A DNA stretch of 64,000 nucleotides from Rhodospirillaceae bacterium (GCA_038132575.1 JAYPRP010000004.1:5748-69747), one strand, 5' to 3'; shown: positions 37,960 to 49,347, numbered from the stretch's first letter. Translations and numbers: made by a program. The notes: generated by a model not told the origin, from the sequence alone.

Positions 37960-38739
37960 ATGGGCCTCGAGCTCTATCACTCAGACCATTCGACATGCAG
38001 CCAGAAGGTCCGGATCTGTCTCGCCGAGAAGGGGCTGGACTGGGAAAGCCACGTCCTGCACTTCGCCTCCGGCGACCATCTGACGCCCGAGTATCTCAAG
38101 CTCAATCCCAACGGGGTTGTGCCCACGCTGATCCATGACGGCGAACCGGTGATCGAGTCCTCGGTGATCGTCGAGTATCTCGACGAGATTCATCCCGAGC
38201 CCGCGCTGTCGCCGGCTGATGCGCTCGGCCGCGCGCGGCTGCGATCCTGGATGCGCTACATGGAGGAGGTGCCGACACCCGCCGTGCGCGTGCCGTCCTT
38301 CAACAAGGTGTTCCGTCCGCTTCGCTATGAGAATGCGACCGAGGAGGAGTTCGAGGCGCGGATCGAGAAGATGCCGCTGCGCAAGGCCTTCTACCGGCGC
38401 ATGGGCCGCATCGACGGCTTCTCGGAAGTGGAGATGGACAACGCGATCGCGCAGATTCGCCAAACCTGCGAGCGTATCGACGCCGCCATCCGCGAGACCG
38501 GCGGCCCCTGGATCCTGGGCGATCAGTACACGCTGATCGATGTGACCCTGACGCCGCTCATCCAGCGCATGGCCGACATGGGCTATGCCCCGATCTGGGA
38601 GCCCGATCTGCCGGAGATGACGGCATGGTTCGAACGGATCAAGGCCCGACCGTCCTTCGACCAGGCGTTCTATGCGAACACGAACCTGAGTGAAAAATAC
38701 GGCGAATATCTCACCCCGGAGGAAGACCGTGACGATTGA
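37960..38739 (+). CDS. glutathione S-transferase
   Basis: The ATG at 37960 gives 'MGLELYHSDHSTCSQKVRICLAEKGLDWE', the thioredoxin-like N-domain with a Ser/Cys, followed by the alpha-helical C-domain. Confidence 0.8.
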   Translation: MGLELYHSDHSTCSQKVRICLAEKGLDWESHVLHFASGDHLTPEYLKLNPNGVVPTLIHDGEPVIESSVIVEYLDEIHPEPALSPADALGRARLRSWMRYMEEVPTPAVRVPSFNKVFRPLRYENATEEEFEARIEKMPLRKAFYRRMGRIDGFSEVEMDNAIAQIRQTCERIDAAIRETGGPWILGDQYTLIDVTLTPLIQRMADMGYAPIWEPDLPEMTAWFERIKARPSFDQAFYANTNLSEKYGEYLTPEEDRDD

Positions 38740-39532
38740 GCTTTACCAGAGCCACCACTCCACTTGCAGCCAGAAGGTCCGCATCACCCTTGCCGAGAAG
38801 GGCCTGCCGGAGAAGGACAAGGACTGGATCGCGCATGAGATCAATCTCGGCAAGTTCGAGCATCTGACGCCGGAGTATCTGAAGATCAACCCGAACGGTG
38901 TGGTGCCGACGATGATCCACGATGGTGCCGTGCTGATCGAATCCTCCGCGATCGTCGAGTATCTCGACGAAATCATTCCCGAGAACCCGCTGACGCCGGA
39001 GGACCCGGTCGCGCGCGCGGGCATGCGCGCCTGGATGCGCTACATCGAGGAGGTCCCGACCGTGGCTGTGCGGGTGCCCACCTTCGCGAACATGCTGGCG
39101 CCGGCGCGGTACCTGAAATACTCCGACGATGAGTTCGCCAGCCACGCGGACCGGCTGCCGCTGCGCAAGCGGTTCTATCAGCGCATGACGCAGAAGGGGT
39201 TCGGTGAGGCGGATGTGAACTACGCCAAGGAGCAGATCCGGCAGACCTGCGAGCGGATCGACCGGGCGGTCGAGGGCCATGGCGGGCCCTGGATCATGGG
39301 CGACCGGTTCACGCTGGCCGACGCGCTTGTGGCGTCGCTGATCGACCGCATGGACGATCTTGGATACGCCTATCTCTGGGAGGGCGAACTGCCGGGTATG
39401 GAGGCCTGGCTCGCGGCGCTCCAGGAGCGCCCGTCCTTCCAGGCCTGCTTCTATCCCGGCGCGCGCATCTCCGAGCGCTATCCGGAGGTTTACCGGACGG
39501 CGCGCGAGATCGAGGCCGAACGCGGCTACTAG
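38729..39532 (+). CDS. glutathione S-transferase (tandem paralogue)
   Basis: The GTG at 38729 follows GGAGGA (38718-38723) and overlaps the upstream GST by 11 nt. The product is 'VTIELYQSHHSTCSQKVRITLAEKG', about 55% identical to the preceding GST. Confidence 0.72.
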   Translation: MTIELYQSHHSTCSQKVRITLAEKGLPEKDKDWIAHEINLGKFEHLTPEYLKINPNGVVPTMIHDGAVLIESSAIVEYLDEIIPENPLTPEDPVARAGMRAWMRYIEEVPTVAVRVPTFANMLAPARYLKYSDDEFASHADRLPLRKRFYQRMTQKGFGEADVNYAKEQIRQTCERIDRAVEGHGGPWIMGDRFTLADALVASLIDRMDDLGYAYLWEGELPGMEAWLAALQERPSFQACFYPGARISERYPEVYRTAREIEAERGY

Positions 39533-39840
39533 AGCGGCGGGAACGGCCCGACCCGCTGCTCATACGCCTGGGTTGCCGGGTGCTCGATCATCGGCGTCAC
39601 ATCGACCGTCATCCAGGGGTGCAGTGGCAGCGAGGAGATGTCGGCGTGAAACTCCTCGAGGGTGTCGGCTTCCCAGATCGAGAAGTTCGCGCGCTCGCCG
39701 ATGATCCGCCAGACCTTGCGCATCTTCCCGGCCTGGATCAGCTCGATCGCACGGTCGGCCTCGGCATCGCCCAGCGCCTTGACCTGCGCCGGGTCCATGT
39801 CACCCGGCAGCTCGACCTTAATTCGCACCATGAACAGCAT
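39529..39840 (-). CDS. muconolactone delta-isomerase-family protein
   Basis: 103-aa 'MLFMVRIKVELPGDMDPAQVKAL...VWRIIGERANFSIWEADTLEEFHADISSLPLHPWMTVDVTPM' aligns with the CatC consensus I recall (MLFHVKM.V.LP.DMDP...W.W...G...N.SVFD...). Confidence 0.62.
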   Translation of the reverse strand: MLFMVRIKVELPGDMDPAQVKALGDAEADRAIELIQAGKMRKVWRIIGERANFSIWEADTLEEFHADISSLPLHPWMTVDVTPMIEHPATQAYEQRVGPFPPL

Positions 39841-39877
39841 GTGAGCACTCCTCTTCGTTTGGAAACGGGCCTCGGCC

Positions 39878-41272
39878 CTAGAAGTAGATTCCGAGCATGC
39901 GGCCCCAGAGATACTGCAGCGGCAGGACGAGCAGCACGCCGATCACGAAATATACCGCGGTCAGCCGGAAGGCCTCGCGCATCGGCACGCCGCCGACGGC
40001 CATCGCCATCGCGACGGGCGGGGCCTCGTGCGGGAACGGGTAGATCATCCAGCTCGGCACCTGGACCAGCAGCACGGATTCGAGGGGCCAGCCGGTTGCC
40101 TGTGCGATCGCGTCGGAGAAGGACGTCACGATCGGCGGGACCGCCGGGAAGGTCGTGACCACGCCAACCGCCGCACTGATCGCGAAGATCTCGTAGAAGG
40201 TGACGATGCCGCCGTCGCGGGTCAGGGGAATGTTTGCGAGTAGCAACTCGCCCATTGCACCGCCGACCCCGGAATGGTTGGCGATGGCGCCCATGCCGAT
40301 GACGCCGGCCACGAAGAGCCACGCCCCGTAGTTGACCTCTGTTGTGATAACCGAGGCCTGCAGAATACCGATCCCCGGGGTGATGCAGAGCAACGCCGCG
40401 GCGAGGGCGATCCAGGCCGGCGAGATGTCATGCAGGGAGTCCGTCATCCACAAGGCGAGCGCGATCAGCATGATTCCCATGAGCCGGCGCTCGGCGTTGC
40501 TCCAGCCCGTCTGCGTGGCGGGCCGGCTCCGGAGTTCGGGCTTCGCACCGAAGAGCAGCGTGATCAGGACGATGACGACCAGGACGCCCAGCAGCCCCAC
40601 GACCGGGAAATTCAGGAAGGTGTAGCCGAAATAGGTGAAGCCGATGTCGAAGATGCTCTCGGATGCGCCGACGAAGGCCATGTTGACGACGTTCGATGGC
40701 AGGATCCCGAAGGCGGGGATCGTTGCCCCCCAGCCGGCGGCCAGCACCAGGCCGTGGCGTGCGCGGGTGTTCTCGCCGAACCCGAGCTCTGTCGCCAGCG
40801 CGACGGCGAGCGGCGCCATCATGATGGCGCGCCCGGACGCGGATGGCATGATGAAGCTGAGCAGCACGCCGGCGATCGCGAGGCCTCCGGCCATCAGCAG
40901 GTAGCGCGCCGGCAGGTGGGTCATCAGCGCCTGGATCAGTCGGGCCCCGAGGCCGGACTTGTGGACCGCGATCGAGATCACGAAGCCGCCGAACACCAGC
41001 CAGGTGGCGCTGGCATGGAAGCCCGAGAAGGCGACGCTCGGCGGTGCGATCGAGAAGACCACCGTCAGCAGGAACAGGAGCAATGCGGTGATATACGGTG
41101 GAATTGCGTCAGTGGCCCAGAACGCAACGGCGAACAGGACGACACCGGCCGCCGGGAGCACGCCGGGCGTGTCCGTCCATAATGGCGCGGCCAGCAGCGC
41201 TGCGGAAATCAGCGTAGAGAAAAGGCCGAAAATCTGGGCGGCGTTGAGCCGCGTGTCCATGGGAAGGCGCAT
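39878..41272 (-). CDS. SLC13/DASS-family anion permease
   Basis: 464 aa with 12+ TM helices and a duplicated hairpin-loop architecture ('SGRAIMMAPL', 'GATIPAFGILPSN'). It is co-oriented with, and 38 bp upstream of, the isomerase-like gene. Confidence 0.5.
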   Translation of the reverse strand: MRLPMDTRLNAAQIFGLFSTLISAALLAAPLWTDTPGVLPAAGVVLFAVAFWATDAIPPYITALLLFLLTVVFSIAPPSVAFSGFHASATWLVFGGFVISIAVHKSGLGARLIQALMTHLPARYLLMAGGLAIAGVLLSFIMPSASGRAIMMAPLAVALATELGFGENTRARHGLVLAAGWGATIPAFGILPSNVVNMAFVGASESIFDIGFTYFGYTFLNFPVVGLLGVLVVIVLITLLFGAKPELRSRPATQTGWSNAERRLMGIMLIALALWMTDSLHDISPAWIALAAALLCITPGIGILQASVITTEVNYGAWLFVAGVIGMGAIANHSGVGGAMGELLLANIPLTRDGGIVTFYEIFAISAAVGVVTTFPAVPPIVTSFSDAIAQATGWPLESVLLVQVPSWMIYPFPHEAPPVAMAMAVGGVPMREAFRLTAVYFVIGVLLVLPLQYLWGRMLGIYF

Positions 41273-41458
41273 GAAAGTCGGCTCTCGGGCCGGGGGAAGC
41301 GGGGTGCCACTCTAGCAATCACCGCAGGTCGGCGCGAGGCGTCGCGGAATATCATGTCTCGATATCCGATACGTCGATGCGATCAACTTTTGGAGGATCG
41401 CTGAGAATTCTCGTAGAGTGCTGCGAGCGATGTATGTCAGGCGTCGCGCTGGGGGTGC

Positions 41459-43588
41459 GTGTTGAACAGTGCCGCGAGCGATCCCGTCCTCTACCGGAAA
41501 GAGGGCGGGATATTGGTAATCACCATCAACAATCCGCCCGTGAATGCGCTGGCGAAGCAAGTGCGCATGGCGATGGCGGAGTTTCTCGAACTCTCGGGGG
41601 ACGATGACCAGGTGCGCGCCGTGGTCGTCTGTGGCAATGGCCGCAACCTCTGCGGCGGGGCCGATATTCGCGAATTCAATACGCCCGACCGCCAGGTCCG
41701 GCCCATGACCCGGGATCTGATGAACCTGATCGAGGCCATGGAGAAGCCGGTGGTCGCGGCCATCCACGGGCCGACACTGGGCGGCGGGCTCGAGCTGGCG
41801 CTAGGCTGTCACTTCCGGATTGCGGACCCCACCGCGACGCTCGGGCTGCCCGAGGTGCTGCGTGGTGTGATTCCCGGTGCCGGCGGCACCCAGCGGCTGC
41901 CGCGATTGGTCGGGTTTGCGAAGGCCGTGGAGATGATCACGACCGGCGTGTCCGTGGATGGCGCTCGCGCCCTGGAGGTTGGGCTGGTCGACAGGTTGGC
42001 CGATGGTGACGACCTGGTCGCCCAGGCGATCGGCTATGCCAACGAACTGGTCGCCGCGGCCGCCGCACCCCGGCGGGTGAGCGAGATGGCGATCGACCTG
42101 GATGCGGAGGCCGGCACCGCCCTCGTTGCCGAGACTCGCACAAAGCTCGAGAAGACCGCGCGTGGCATCCAGGCGCCGCTGCATTGCCTCGAAAGTGTCG
42201 CCAACACGCTGACGATGTCGTTTGCCGATGGCTGGGCGCGCGAGGCTGAGATCAGCCAGGCGGCGGTTGCATCGGTCGAGTCCCGTTCGCTGGTTCATGC
42301 GTTCTTCGCGGAACGCCAGGTCGTCCGGATTCCAGATATTCCCGACGAGACGCCACGGCGGGATATCGCGCGGACGGTCATCATCGGCGCGGGCACGATG
42401 GGCGGCGGCATCGCAATGTCCTTCGCCAACGCCGGGATGCCGGTGACGCTGATCGAGACCGATTCAGAGGCGCTCAACGGCGGGCTGGCGCGGATCGAGG
42501 CCAACTATGCCGCGACCCGTGATAGGGGGCGACTGAGCGCCGAGGACATGGAGACCCGGATGGGCCTGATCGGTGGTACGACCGGGCTGGAGGCGGCGGC
42601 CGACGCCGATCTCGTGATCGAGGCGGTCTTCGAGGAGATGGAGGTCAAGCAGTCGGTGTTCCGGGAACTCGACCGCATCGCTGGGGATGGCGCGATCCTC
42701 GCGACCAATACCTCGACCCTTGACGTGGACGCCATTGCCGCTGTCACCGGTCGGCCGGCAGATGTGCTGGGTATGCATTTCTTCAGCCCTGCCAACGTCA
42801 TGACCCTGCTCGAGATCGTGCGGGCTGCCGAGACGGCGCCGGACGTGATCGCGACAGTGCTCGATCTGGCGCGGCGGATTGGGAAGACCGGGGTTGTCGT
42901 CGGCGTGTGTGACGGCTTCGTCGGCAACCGGATGCTCGGGCCCTATTTTCGCCAGTGCGATTTCCTGGTCGAGGAAGGCGCCATGCCCGAGGACGTGGAC
43001 CGGGTGATCGAGGCATTCGGGTTCCGCATGGGACCCTTCCGGGTCTCGGACCTGGCCGGCCTCGACATCAGCTGGGCCATCGAGAAGCGCCGCGCCGAAA
43101 CACGGCCCGCCGACGAACGCTTCTCACCGCTTCTCGACCGGATATGCGAAATGGGGCGCTTCGGCCAGAAAACCGGTGCCGGCTGGTACCGCTACGAAGG
43201 TCGCGCGGCGGTGCCCGATCCGGAGATCGCGGCCCTGATCGAGGCGCGATCGGATGAAATGGGCATCGTACGGCGTGACATTTCCGACGATGAAATCCGC
43301 CAGCGCACCATTTATTCGCTGATCAACGAGGGCGCGAAGATCCTGGAGGAGGGGCTGGCGATCCGCGCCTCGGACATCGATGTCGTCTGGCTCCATGGCT
43401 ACGGCTTCCCGCGCTGGCGCGGCGGGCCGATGTTCTATGCCGACATGGTCGGCCTGCCGGAAGTTGTTTCGACCCTGGACGGGTATCACGCCGCTTGGGG
43501 CGACAAGTGGGCGCCCGCGACGCTCCTGCGCGAGCTCGCGGAAGCCGGCTCCAGCTTCAAGGAGTGGGGCGCGGGCCGGGCCGGTTAG
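41459..43588 (+). CDS. fused enoyl-CoA hydratase / 3-hydroxyacyl-CoA dehydrogenase (FadJ/FadB-like)
   Basis: An N-terminal crotonase fold ('ITINNPPVNAL', 'AAIHGPTLGGGLELALGCHFRIA') is followed by a 3HCDH Rossmann fold 'VIIGAGTMGGGIAMSF' and C-terminal domains. It starts at GTG 41459. Confidence 0.8.
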   Translation: MLNSAASDPVLYRKEGGILVITINNPPVNALAKQVRMAMAEFLELSGDDDQVRAVVVCGNGRNLCGGADIREFNTPDRQVRPMTRDLMNLIEAMEKPVVAAIHGPTLGGGLELALGCHFRIADPTATLGLPEVLRGVIPGAGGTQRLPRLVGFAKAVEMITTGVSVDGARALEVGLVDRLADGDDLVAQAIGYANELVAAAAAPRRVSEMAIDLDAEAGTALVAETRTKLEKTARGIQAPLHCLESVANTLTMSFADGWAREAEISQAAVASVESRSLVHAFFAERQVVRIPDIPDETPRRDIARTVIIGAGTMGGGIAMSFANAGMPVTLIETDSEALNGGLARIEANYAATRDRGRLSAEDMETRMGLIGGTTGLEAAADADLVIEAVFEEMEVKQSVFRELDRIAGDGAILATNTSTLDVDAIAAVTGRPADVLGMHFFSPANVMTLLEIVRAAETAPDVIATVLDLARRIGKTGVVVGVCDGFVGNRMLGPYFRQCDFLVEEGAMPEDVDRVIEAFGFRMGPFRVSDLAGLDISWAIEKRRAETRPADERFSPLLDRICEMGRFGQKTGAGWYRYEGRAAVPDPEIAALIEARSDEMGIVRRDISDDEIRQRTIYSLINEGAKILEEGLAIRASDIDVVWLHGYGFPRWRGGPMFYADMVGLPEVVSTLDGYHAAWGDKWAPATLLRELAEAGSSFKEWGAGRAG

Positions 43589-44352
43589 ACCGGCACCGTC
43601 GCGCCGCCGTCGACCACCAGGACCTGGCCGCTCATCCAGCTCGCCGCATCGGACGCGAGGAAGACCGCGGTGCCCGCAATGTCCTCGGGCTCGCCGAGGC
43701 GCCGCAACGGGGTTGCGGCGATCCGCGGTTCCGCGAATGCGGGGTCTTCCCACAGCGCGCGGGCGAAATCGGTCTTTACGAGGCCCGGCGCGATCGCGTT
43801 GACCCGGATGTTGTCGGGGCCGAGCTCGACGGCGAGGTTGCGGGCGAGCTGCATGTCGGCGGCTTTCGACACGTTGTAGGCGCCGATCACGTCCGAGCCA
43901 CGCAGGCCGCCGATCGAGGACACCAGGATGATCGCGCCGCCACCCACGGCGCGCAGGTCGGGCACGGTCATCTGGGCGAGCCAGAGCTGGGACTGGATGT
44001 TGGTCTGCATGACCTTGGCGAAGACATCGTCGGGAATGTCCATCGCCGGCCCGTAATAGGGGTTGATCGCGGCGTTGCAGACGACAATGTCCGCCGGACC
44101 CCAGTGATTCCGTGATGTGTCGACGAGGGCCTGGAGCTCCTCCTTGCGGCCCACGTTGCAGGGCACGCCCAGGGCGTCGTGGCCGGCGCCGGTCATTGCG
44201 GCCTCTGTTTCCGCGACCCGTTCCCGGTCCCGGCTCGAGACGGTGACCCGGGCGCCGGCGGCGGCCAGCGCGAAGGCGATGGCGCGGCCAATCCCCTTGG
44301 TCGAGCCGGTGACGATCGCGACCTTGCCGGTGAGGTCGAATGGTGCGCCCAT
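43585..44352 (-). CDS. SDR-family oxidoreductase
   Basis: The ATG at 44352 follows GGGGGAA. The cofactor motif 'TGSTKGIGRAIA' and a catalytic 'YNVSKAA' (YxxxK) are present. Confidence 0.85.
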   Translation of the reverse strand: MGAPFDLTGKVAIVTGSTKGIGRAIAFALAAAGARVTVSSRDRERVAETEAAMTGAGHDALGVPCNVGRKEELQALVDTSRNHWGPADIVVCNAAINPYYGPAMDIPDDVFAKVMQTNIQSQLWLAQMTVPDLRAVGGGAIILVSSIGGLRGSDVIGAYNVSKAADMQLARNLAVELGPDNIRVNAIAPGLVKTDFARALWEDPAFAEPRIAATPLRRLGEPEDIAGTAVFLASDAASWMSGQVLVVDGGATVPV

Positions 44353-44446
44353 GGCGATTCCCCCTACTGCATGATTTGACGCTATCCTAGGCCAAGTCGC
44401 GATGCCGGGCACATGTCCGATGCGGAAGATGACAAGGGGGAAACCG

Positions 44447-45681
<1,235 letters not shown>

Positions 45682-45685
<4 letters not shown>

Positions 45686-45843
45686 TCGCTGTCATCTTCG
45701 AGGTCTGGCCCGCCGAAGGGCGCCTCGACGACTATCTCGAAATTGCCCACAACCTGGCGTCCGAGCTCGAAAAGATCGACGGTTTCATTTCGGTCGAGCG
45801 GTTCGAGAGCATCTACAACCCAGGCCGGAACGCAGCACTATGA
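45682..45843 (+). CDS. 53-aa ORF resembling the N-terminal half of an ABM (antibiotic-biosynthesis-monooxygenase) domain; possible LvaB-like accessory protein or gene remnant
   Basis: '[43 protein letters not shown]' has its ATG overlapping the ACAD stop and its TGA overlapping the downstream ATG (ATGA at both ends). Confidence 0.35.
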
Positions 45844-47087
45844 CCGAACCCCGCAACCTCTCCATCGACGGTGACCGCCTGTGGCAGTCGATCATGGACA
45901 TTGCCGAGATCGGCCCGACCGAGAAGGGCGGCAGCCGTCGGCTCGCACTCACCGACCTTGACCGCGAGGCGCGCGATCTGTTCGTCGACTGGAGCAAGGC
46001 GGCCGGATGCGCCGTGAGCGTGGATCGAATGGGTAACATCTTCGCGCGCCGTGCCGGGCGCGACGACTCCCTGCCGCCGGTGGTGACCGGCAGCCATCTG
46101 GATACTCAGCCAACAGGCGGAAAGTTCGACGGGATATTCGGGGTCCTCGCCGGCCTCGAGGTGATCCGCAGCCTCAACGACCTGGACTATGAGACCGAGC
46201 ATCCGATCGAGGTGGTGGTCTGGACCAACGAGGAGGGCAGCCGGTTCGCACCCGCCATGATCTCGTCGGGCGTCTTCGGCGGCCAGCATACGCTGGAGCA
46301 TGGCCTGTCCCGCGCCGACGTGGACGGGCTCACTATCGGCGAGGAGCTCGAACGGATCGGCTATGCTGGCGACCTGCCAGTCGGTGGTCGCGATCTGCAC
46401 GCCTATGTGGAGGCGCATATCGAGCAGGGGCCGATCCTCGAGGACGAGGACATTTCCATCGGCGTCGTCACGGGCGCTCAGGGCCAGCGCTGGTACGAGA
46501 TCACGCTGACAGGCCAGGAGTCACACGCGGGCACCACGCCCATGGAACGGCGCAAGGACGCGCTCGTCGGCGCGGCTCGGATCGTCGGGCTTGTCCACCG
46601 GATCGGCATGGACAACGCACCGGATGCGCGCTCGACTGTGGGCATGATCGAATCCTATCCGAACTCGCGGAACGTCATCCCGGGGCAGGTCTTCATGACG
46701 GCCGAGTTCCGCCATCCCGACGACGACATTCTGCGGGACATGGATACCAAGCTGCGGGAGGGGCTGCGGGAGATCACGAAAGAGATAGGGCTCGAATGCG
46801 AGTTCGAGGAGATCTTCTATATCGCGCCGATCGTCTTCGCCGACCGCTGCGTCAACGCCGTCCGCAACGCGGCCGAGAGCCGCAACCTGTTGGCCCGCGA
46901 CATCATCTCCGGCGCCGGCCACGACGCGTGCAACGTTGCCGCCGTGGCACCGACCTCGATGATCTTCATTCCCTGCGTGGACGGGATCAGCCACAACGAG
47001 ATCGAAGACGCGAAGCCCGAATGGGTGACCGCCGGCGGCCAGGTCCTGCTGGGTGCGATGCTGGAACTCGCAGGCGGTGACGTCTGA
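45840..47087 (+). CDS. M20-family Zn-dependent amidohydrolase (N-carbamoyl-L-amino-acid / allantoate amidohydrolase type)
   Basis: The metal ligands 'TGSHLDTQPTGGKFDG' and 'VVWTNEEGSRF' and the dimerisation domain are present. The start is ATGA-coupled to the upstream small ORF. Confidence 0.72.
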   Translation: MTEPRNLSIDGDRLWQSIMDIAEIGPTEKGGSRRLALTDLDREARDLFVDWSKAAGCAVSVDRMGNIFARRAGRDDSLPPVVTGSHLDTQPTGGKFDGIFGVLAGLEVIRSLNDLDYETEHPIEVVVWTNEEGSRFAPAMISSGVFGGQHTLEHGLSRADVDGLTIGEELERIGYAGDLPVGGRDLHAYVEAHIEQGPILEDEDISIGVVTGAQGQRWYEITLTGQESHAGTTPMERRKDALVGAARIVGLVHRIGMDNAPDARSTVGMIESYPNSRNVIPGQVFMTAEFRHPDDDILRDMDTKLREGLREITKEIGLECEFEEIFYIAPIVFADRCVNAVRNAAESRNLLARDIISGAGHDACNVAAVAPTSMIFIPCVDGISHNEIEDAKPEWVTAGGQVLLGAMLELAGGDV

Positions 47088-47140
47088 TTGGCGCGGACGC
47101 CGCTTCTGGCTAGACTTTCTCAAACGCGTTCGGGGGGACG

Positions 47141-48784
47141 GTGATGAAAATCTCGGAAACATACGAGCAGGCTTGGGGCGACTGGCGCTGGGACGTGCCA
47201 GACCGCTTCAACATGGGCGTCTCGGTCTGCGATGCGCAGGACGCGAAGGCGACGGCCCTGATCGTGCCGCAGCCGGACGGCGGGCGCCGCGAGTACACGT
47301 TTGGCGATCTGAAGGCGCTGTCGAGCCGTCTGTCTAACCTGTTCGTGGCCCACGGCCTCCAGCGTGGCGACCGGGTCGCGGTGCTGCTACCGCAGATGCC
47401 GGAGACGCTCGTGGCGCACATCGCGGGCTATCGCGCCGGGCTGGTCGTGATGCCGCTGGCGCAACTCTTCGGGCCGGATGCGCTCGAGTACAGGCTGTCC
47501 GACAGCGGCGCGCGCGCGATCGTCACGGACAGGGCGAGTTGCGAGAAGATCGACCAGATCAGGGATTCGCTCCCCGACCTTCAGCTGGTTCTTTCAGTGG
47601 ACGGGCCGGCCGACGACGGGGCCGGCGGGGCACTCGACTTTCATGCGGAACTCGAGCGTGCGAAGGACAGCTTCGCCCCGGTCGATACAGCGAACGGCGA
47701 CCCAGCGCTGCTGATCTACACCTCGGGTACCACGGGCAATCCTAAGGGCGCGCTGCTGCCCCACCGGACCATGATCGGGCATGTGCCGGGCGTGGACTTC
47801 ATCTTCGACTTTCTGCCCCAGCCGGGCGACGTCATGTGGACCAACGCCGACTGGGCTTGGATCGGCGCGCTGATGGATTCGGCCATGCCGGCGCTCTATC
47901 ACGGCATCCCGCAGGTGGTGAATCCGCCCGGTCGCTTCGACCCCGAGGCGGTGTTCGACCTTCTGGATCGTTACGGGGTGCGCTGCGCGTTCATTCCGCC
48001 GACGGGCCTCAAGGTTATGCGTCAGGTCGAGAACCCGCGCGGGCGCTACAACTACGATCTGCGGACGATGTTCTCCGGCGGCGAGGCGCTGGGCACCTCG
48101 CTCATGGACTGGGGCCGCGAACAGTTGGGAGTCACGATCAACGAGGCCTACGGCCAGACCGAGTGCAACGTCATCGTCGGCTGCTGCGCGACGATCATGA
48201 CCCCGCCCGACGGCTCCATGGGCCGCGCATCGCCGGGCCACACGCTGCGCATCATGGACGAAAATGCCAACATCCAGGCGTCGGGCGATCTGGGCACCAT
48301 CTGTGTCAAGGCGCCTGACCCCGTGATGTTCCTCGAATACTGGAAGAACCCGGAGGCGACCAAGGAGAAGTTTCTCACCGACGAGAACGGAGATCAGTGG
48401 CTCGACACCGGCGACAAGGCGACCATGGACGATGAGGGCTGGATCTACTTCGTCGGCCGCGCCGACGACGTCATCAACTCTGCCGGCTACCGCATCGGTC
48501 CGGCCGAGGTGGAGAACTCGCTGCTCACCCACCCCGCCGTGCAGATGTCGGCAGTGATCGGCGTACCCGACGAGGCGCGGGGCGAGATGGTGAAGGCCTA
48601 TGTAATCCTCAAGGACGGCCAGACTCCGAGCGACGCGCTGGCCGAGGAGATCCAGAACCATGTGAAGACGCGGCTCGCGGCGCACGAGTATCCGCGCGCG
48701 GTTGCGTTCGTGGACGAGCTGCCGATGACGACGACCGGGAAGATCCAGCGCAAGGTGCTGCGTGAGCGCGAGGCGTCGTCCTGA
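47141..48784 (+). CDS. AMP-dependent acyl-CoA synthetase (medium-chain type)
   Basis: The AMP-binding motif 'LIYTSGTTGNPKGA', 'GYRIGPAEVE' and the C-terminal 'TTTGKIQRKVLRE' are present. Confidence 0.8.
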   Translation: MMKISETYEQAWGDWRWDVPDRFNMGVSVCDAQDAKATALIVPQPDGGRREYTFGDLKALSSRLSNLFVAHGLQRGDRVAVLLPQMPETLVAHIAGYRAGLVVMPLAQLFGPDALEYRLSDSGARAIVTDRASCEKIDQIRDSLPDLQLVLSVDGPADDGAGGALDFHAELERAKDSFAPVDTANGDPALLIYTSGTTGNPKGALLPHRTMIGHVPGVDFIFDFLPQPGDVMWTNADWAWIGALMDSAMPALYHGIPQVVNPPGRFDPEAVFDLLDRYGVRCAFIPPTGLKVMRQVENPRGRYNYDLRTMFSGGEALGTSLMDWGREQLGVTINEAYGQTECNVIVGCCATIMTPPDGSMGRASPGHTLRIMDENANIQASGDLGTICVKAPDPVMFLEYWKNPEATKEKFLTDENGDQWLDTGDKATMDDEGWIYFVGRADDVINSAGYRIGPAEVENSLLTHPAVQMSAVIGVPDEARGEMVKAYVILKDGQTPSDALAEEIQNHVKTRLAAHEYPRAVAFVDELPMTTTGKIQRKVLREREASS

Positions 48785-48788
48785 GCCG

Positions 48789-49262
48789 ATGGCGAAGTTC
48801 ACACATCCCGATTTGTTCTTGGACCTGGTGGGCGAGGAGCTCGGTGTCAGCGACTGGGTGCTGATCGATCAGAAGATGATCGACGCGTTCGCGGATGCAA
48901 CCAACGATCACCAGTGGGTGCATGTGGACGCCGAAAGGGCCGCCCGCGAGCTGCCGACCGGATCGACGATTGCGCACGGGTTCCTGGTCCTCTCGCTGCT
49001 GGCATCGCTCAGCTACGAGATCTTTGACGTCGCAAACGTCGCGCATGAGCTGAACTACGGCCTGAACAAGGTCCGTTTCACGGCCATGGTCCCGGCGGGC
49101 TCGCGTGTCCGCCTGCGCCAGGCGCTGACAGCCGCCGAGAAGCGCGACGACGGCGGTGTCTTCCTCGATCTCTTGGCGACGATGGAGCTCGAGGGCAGCG
49201 AGCGCCCTGCCGCGGTGATCGAAAACCTGCGGCTGATCTACCCTGAGGAAGGCTCGGGCTGA
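48789..49262 (+). CDS. MaoC-like (R)-specific enoyl-CoA hydratase / dehydratase
   Basis: The ATG at 48789 gives a hot-dog fold with 'DAFADATNDHQWVHVDAERAARELPTGSTIAHGFL'. Confidence 0.75.
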   Translation: MAKFTHPDLFLDLVGEELGVSDWVLIDQKMIDAFADATNDHQWVHVDAERAARELPTGSTIAHGFLVLSLLASLSYEIFDVANVAHELNYGLNKVRFTAMVPAGSRVRLRQALTAAEKRDDGGVFLDLLATMELEGSERPAAVIENLRLIYPEEGSG

Positions 49263-49273
49263 ATCGAAACGGC

Positions 49274-49334
49274 CCTCATCCTGAGCTTGTCGAAGGAGAG
49301 GGCCGCATCCTCATGCTTCGACAGGCTCAGCAAA
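49274..49334. repeat. REP-like intergenic repeat, copy 1
   Basis: 'CCTCATCCTGAGCTTGTCGAAGGAGAGGGCCGCATCCTCATGCTTCGACAGGCTCAGCA' has an internal imperfect palindrome (GAGCTTGTCGAAG / CTTCGACAGGCTC). Homologous copies lie at 50485-50549 and 58027-58134. Confidence 0.6.
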
Positions 49335-49347
49335 AGGGTGCTTGAAG

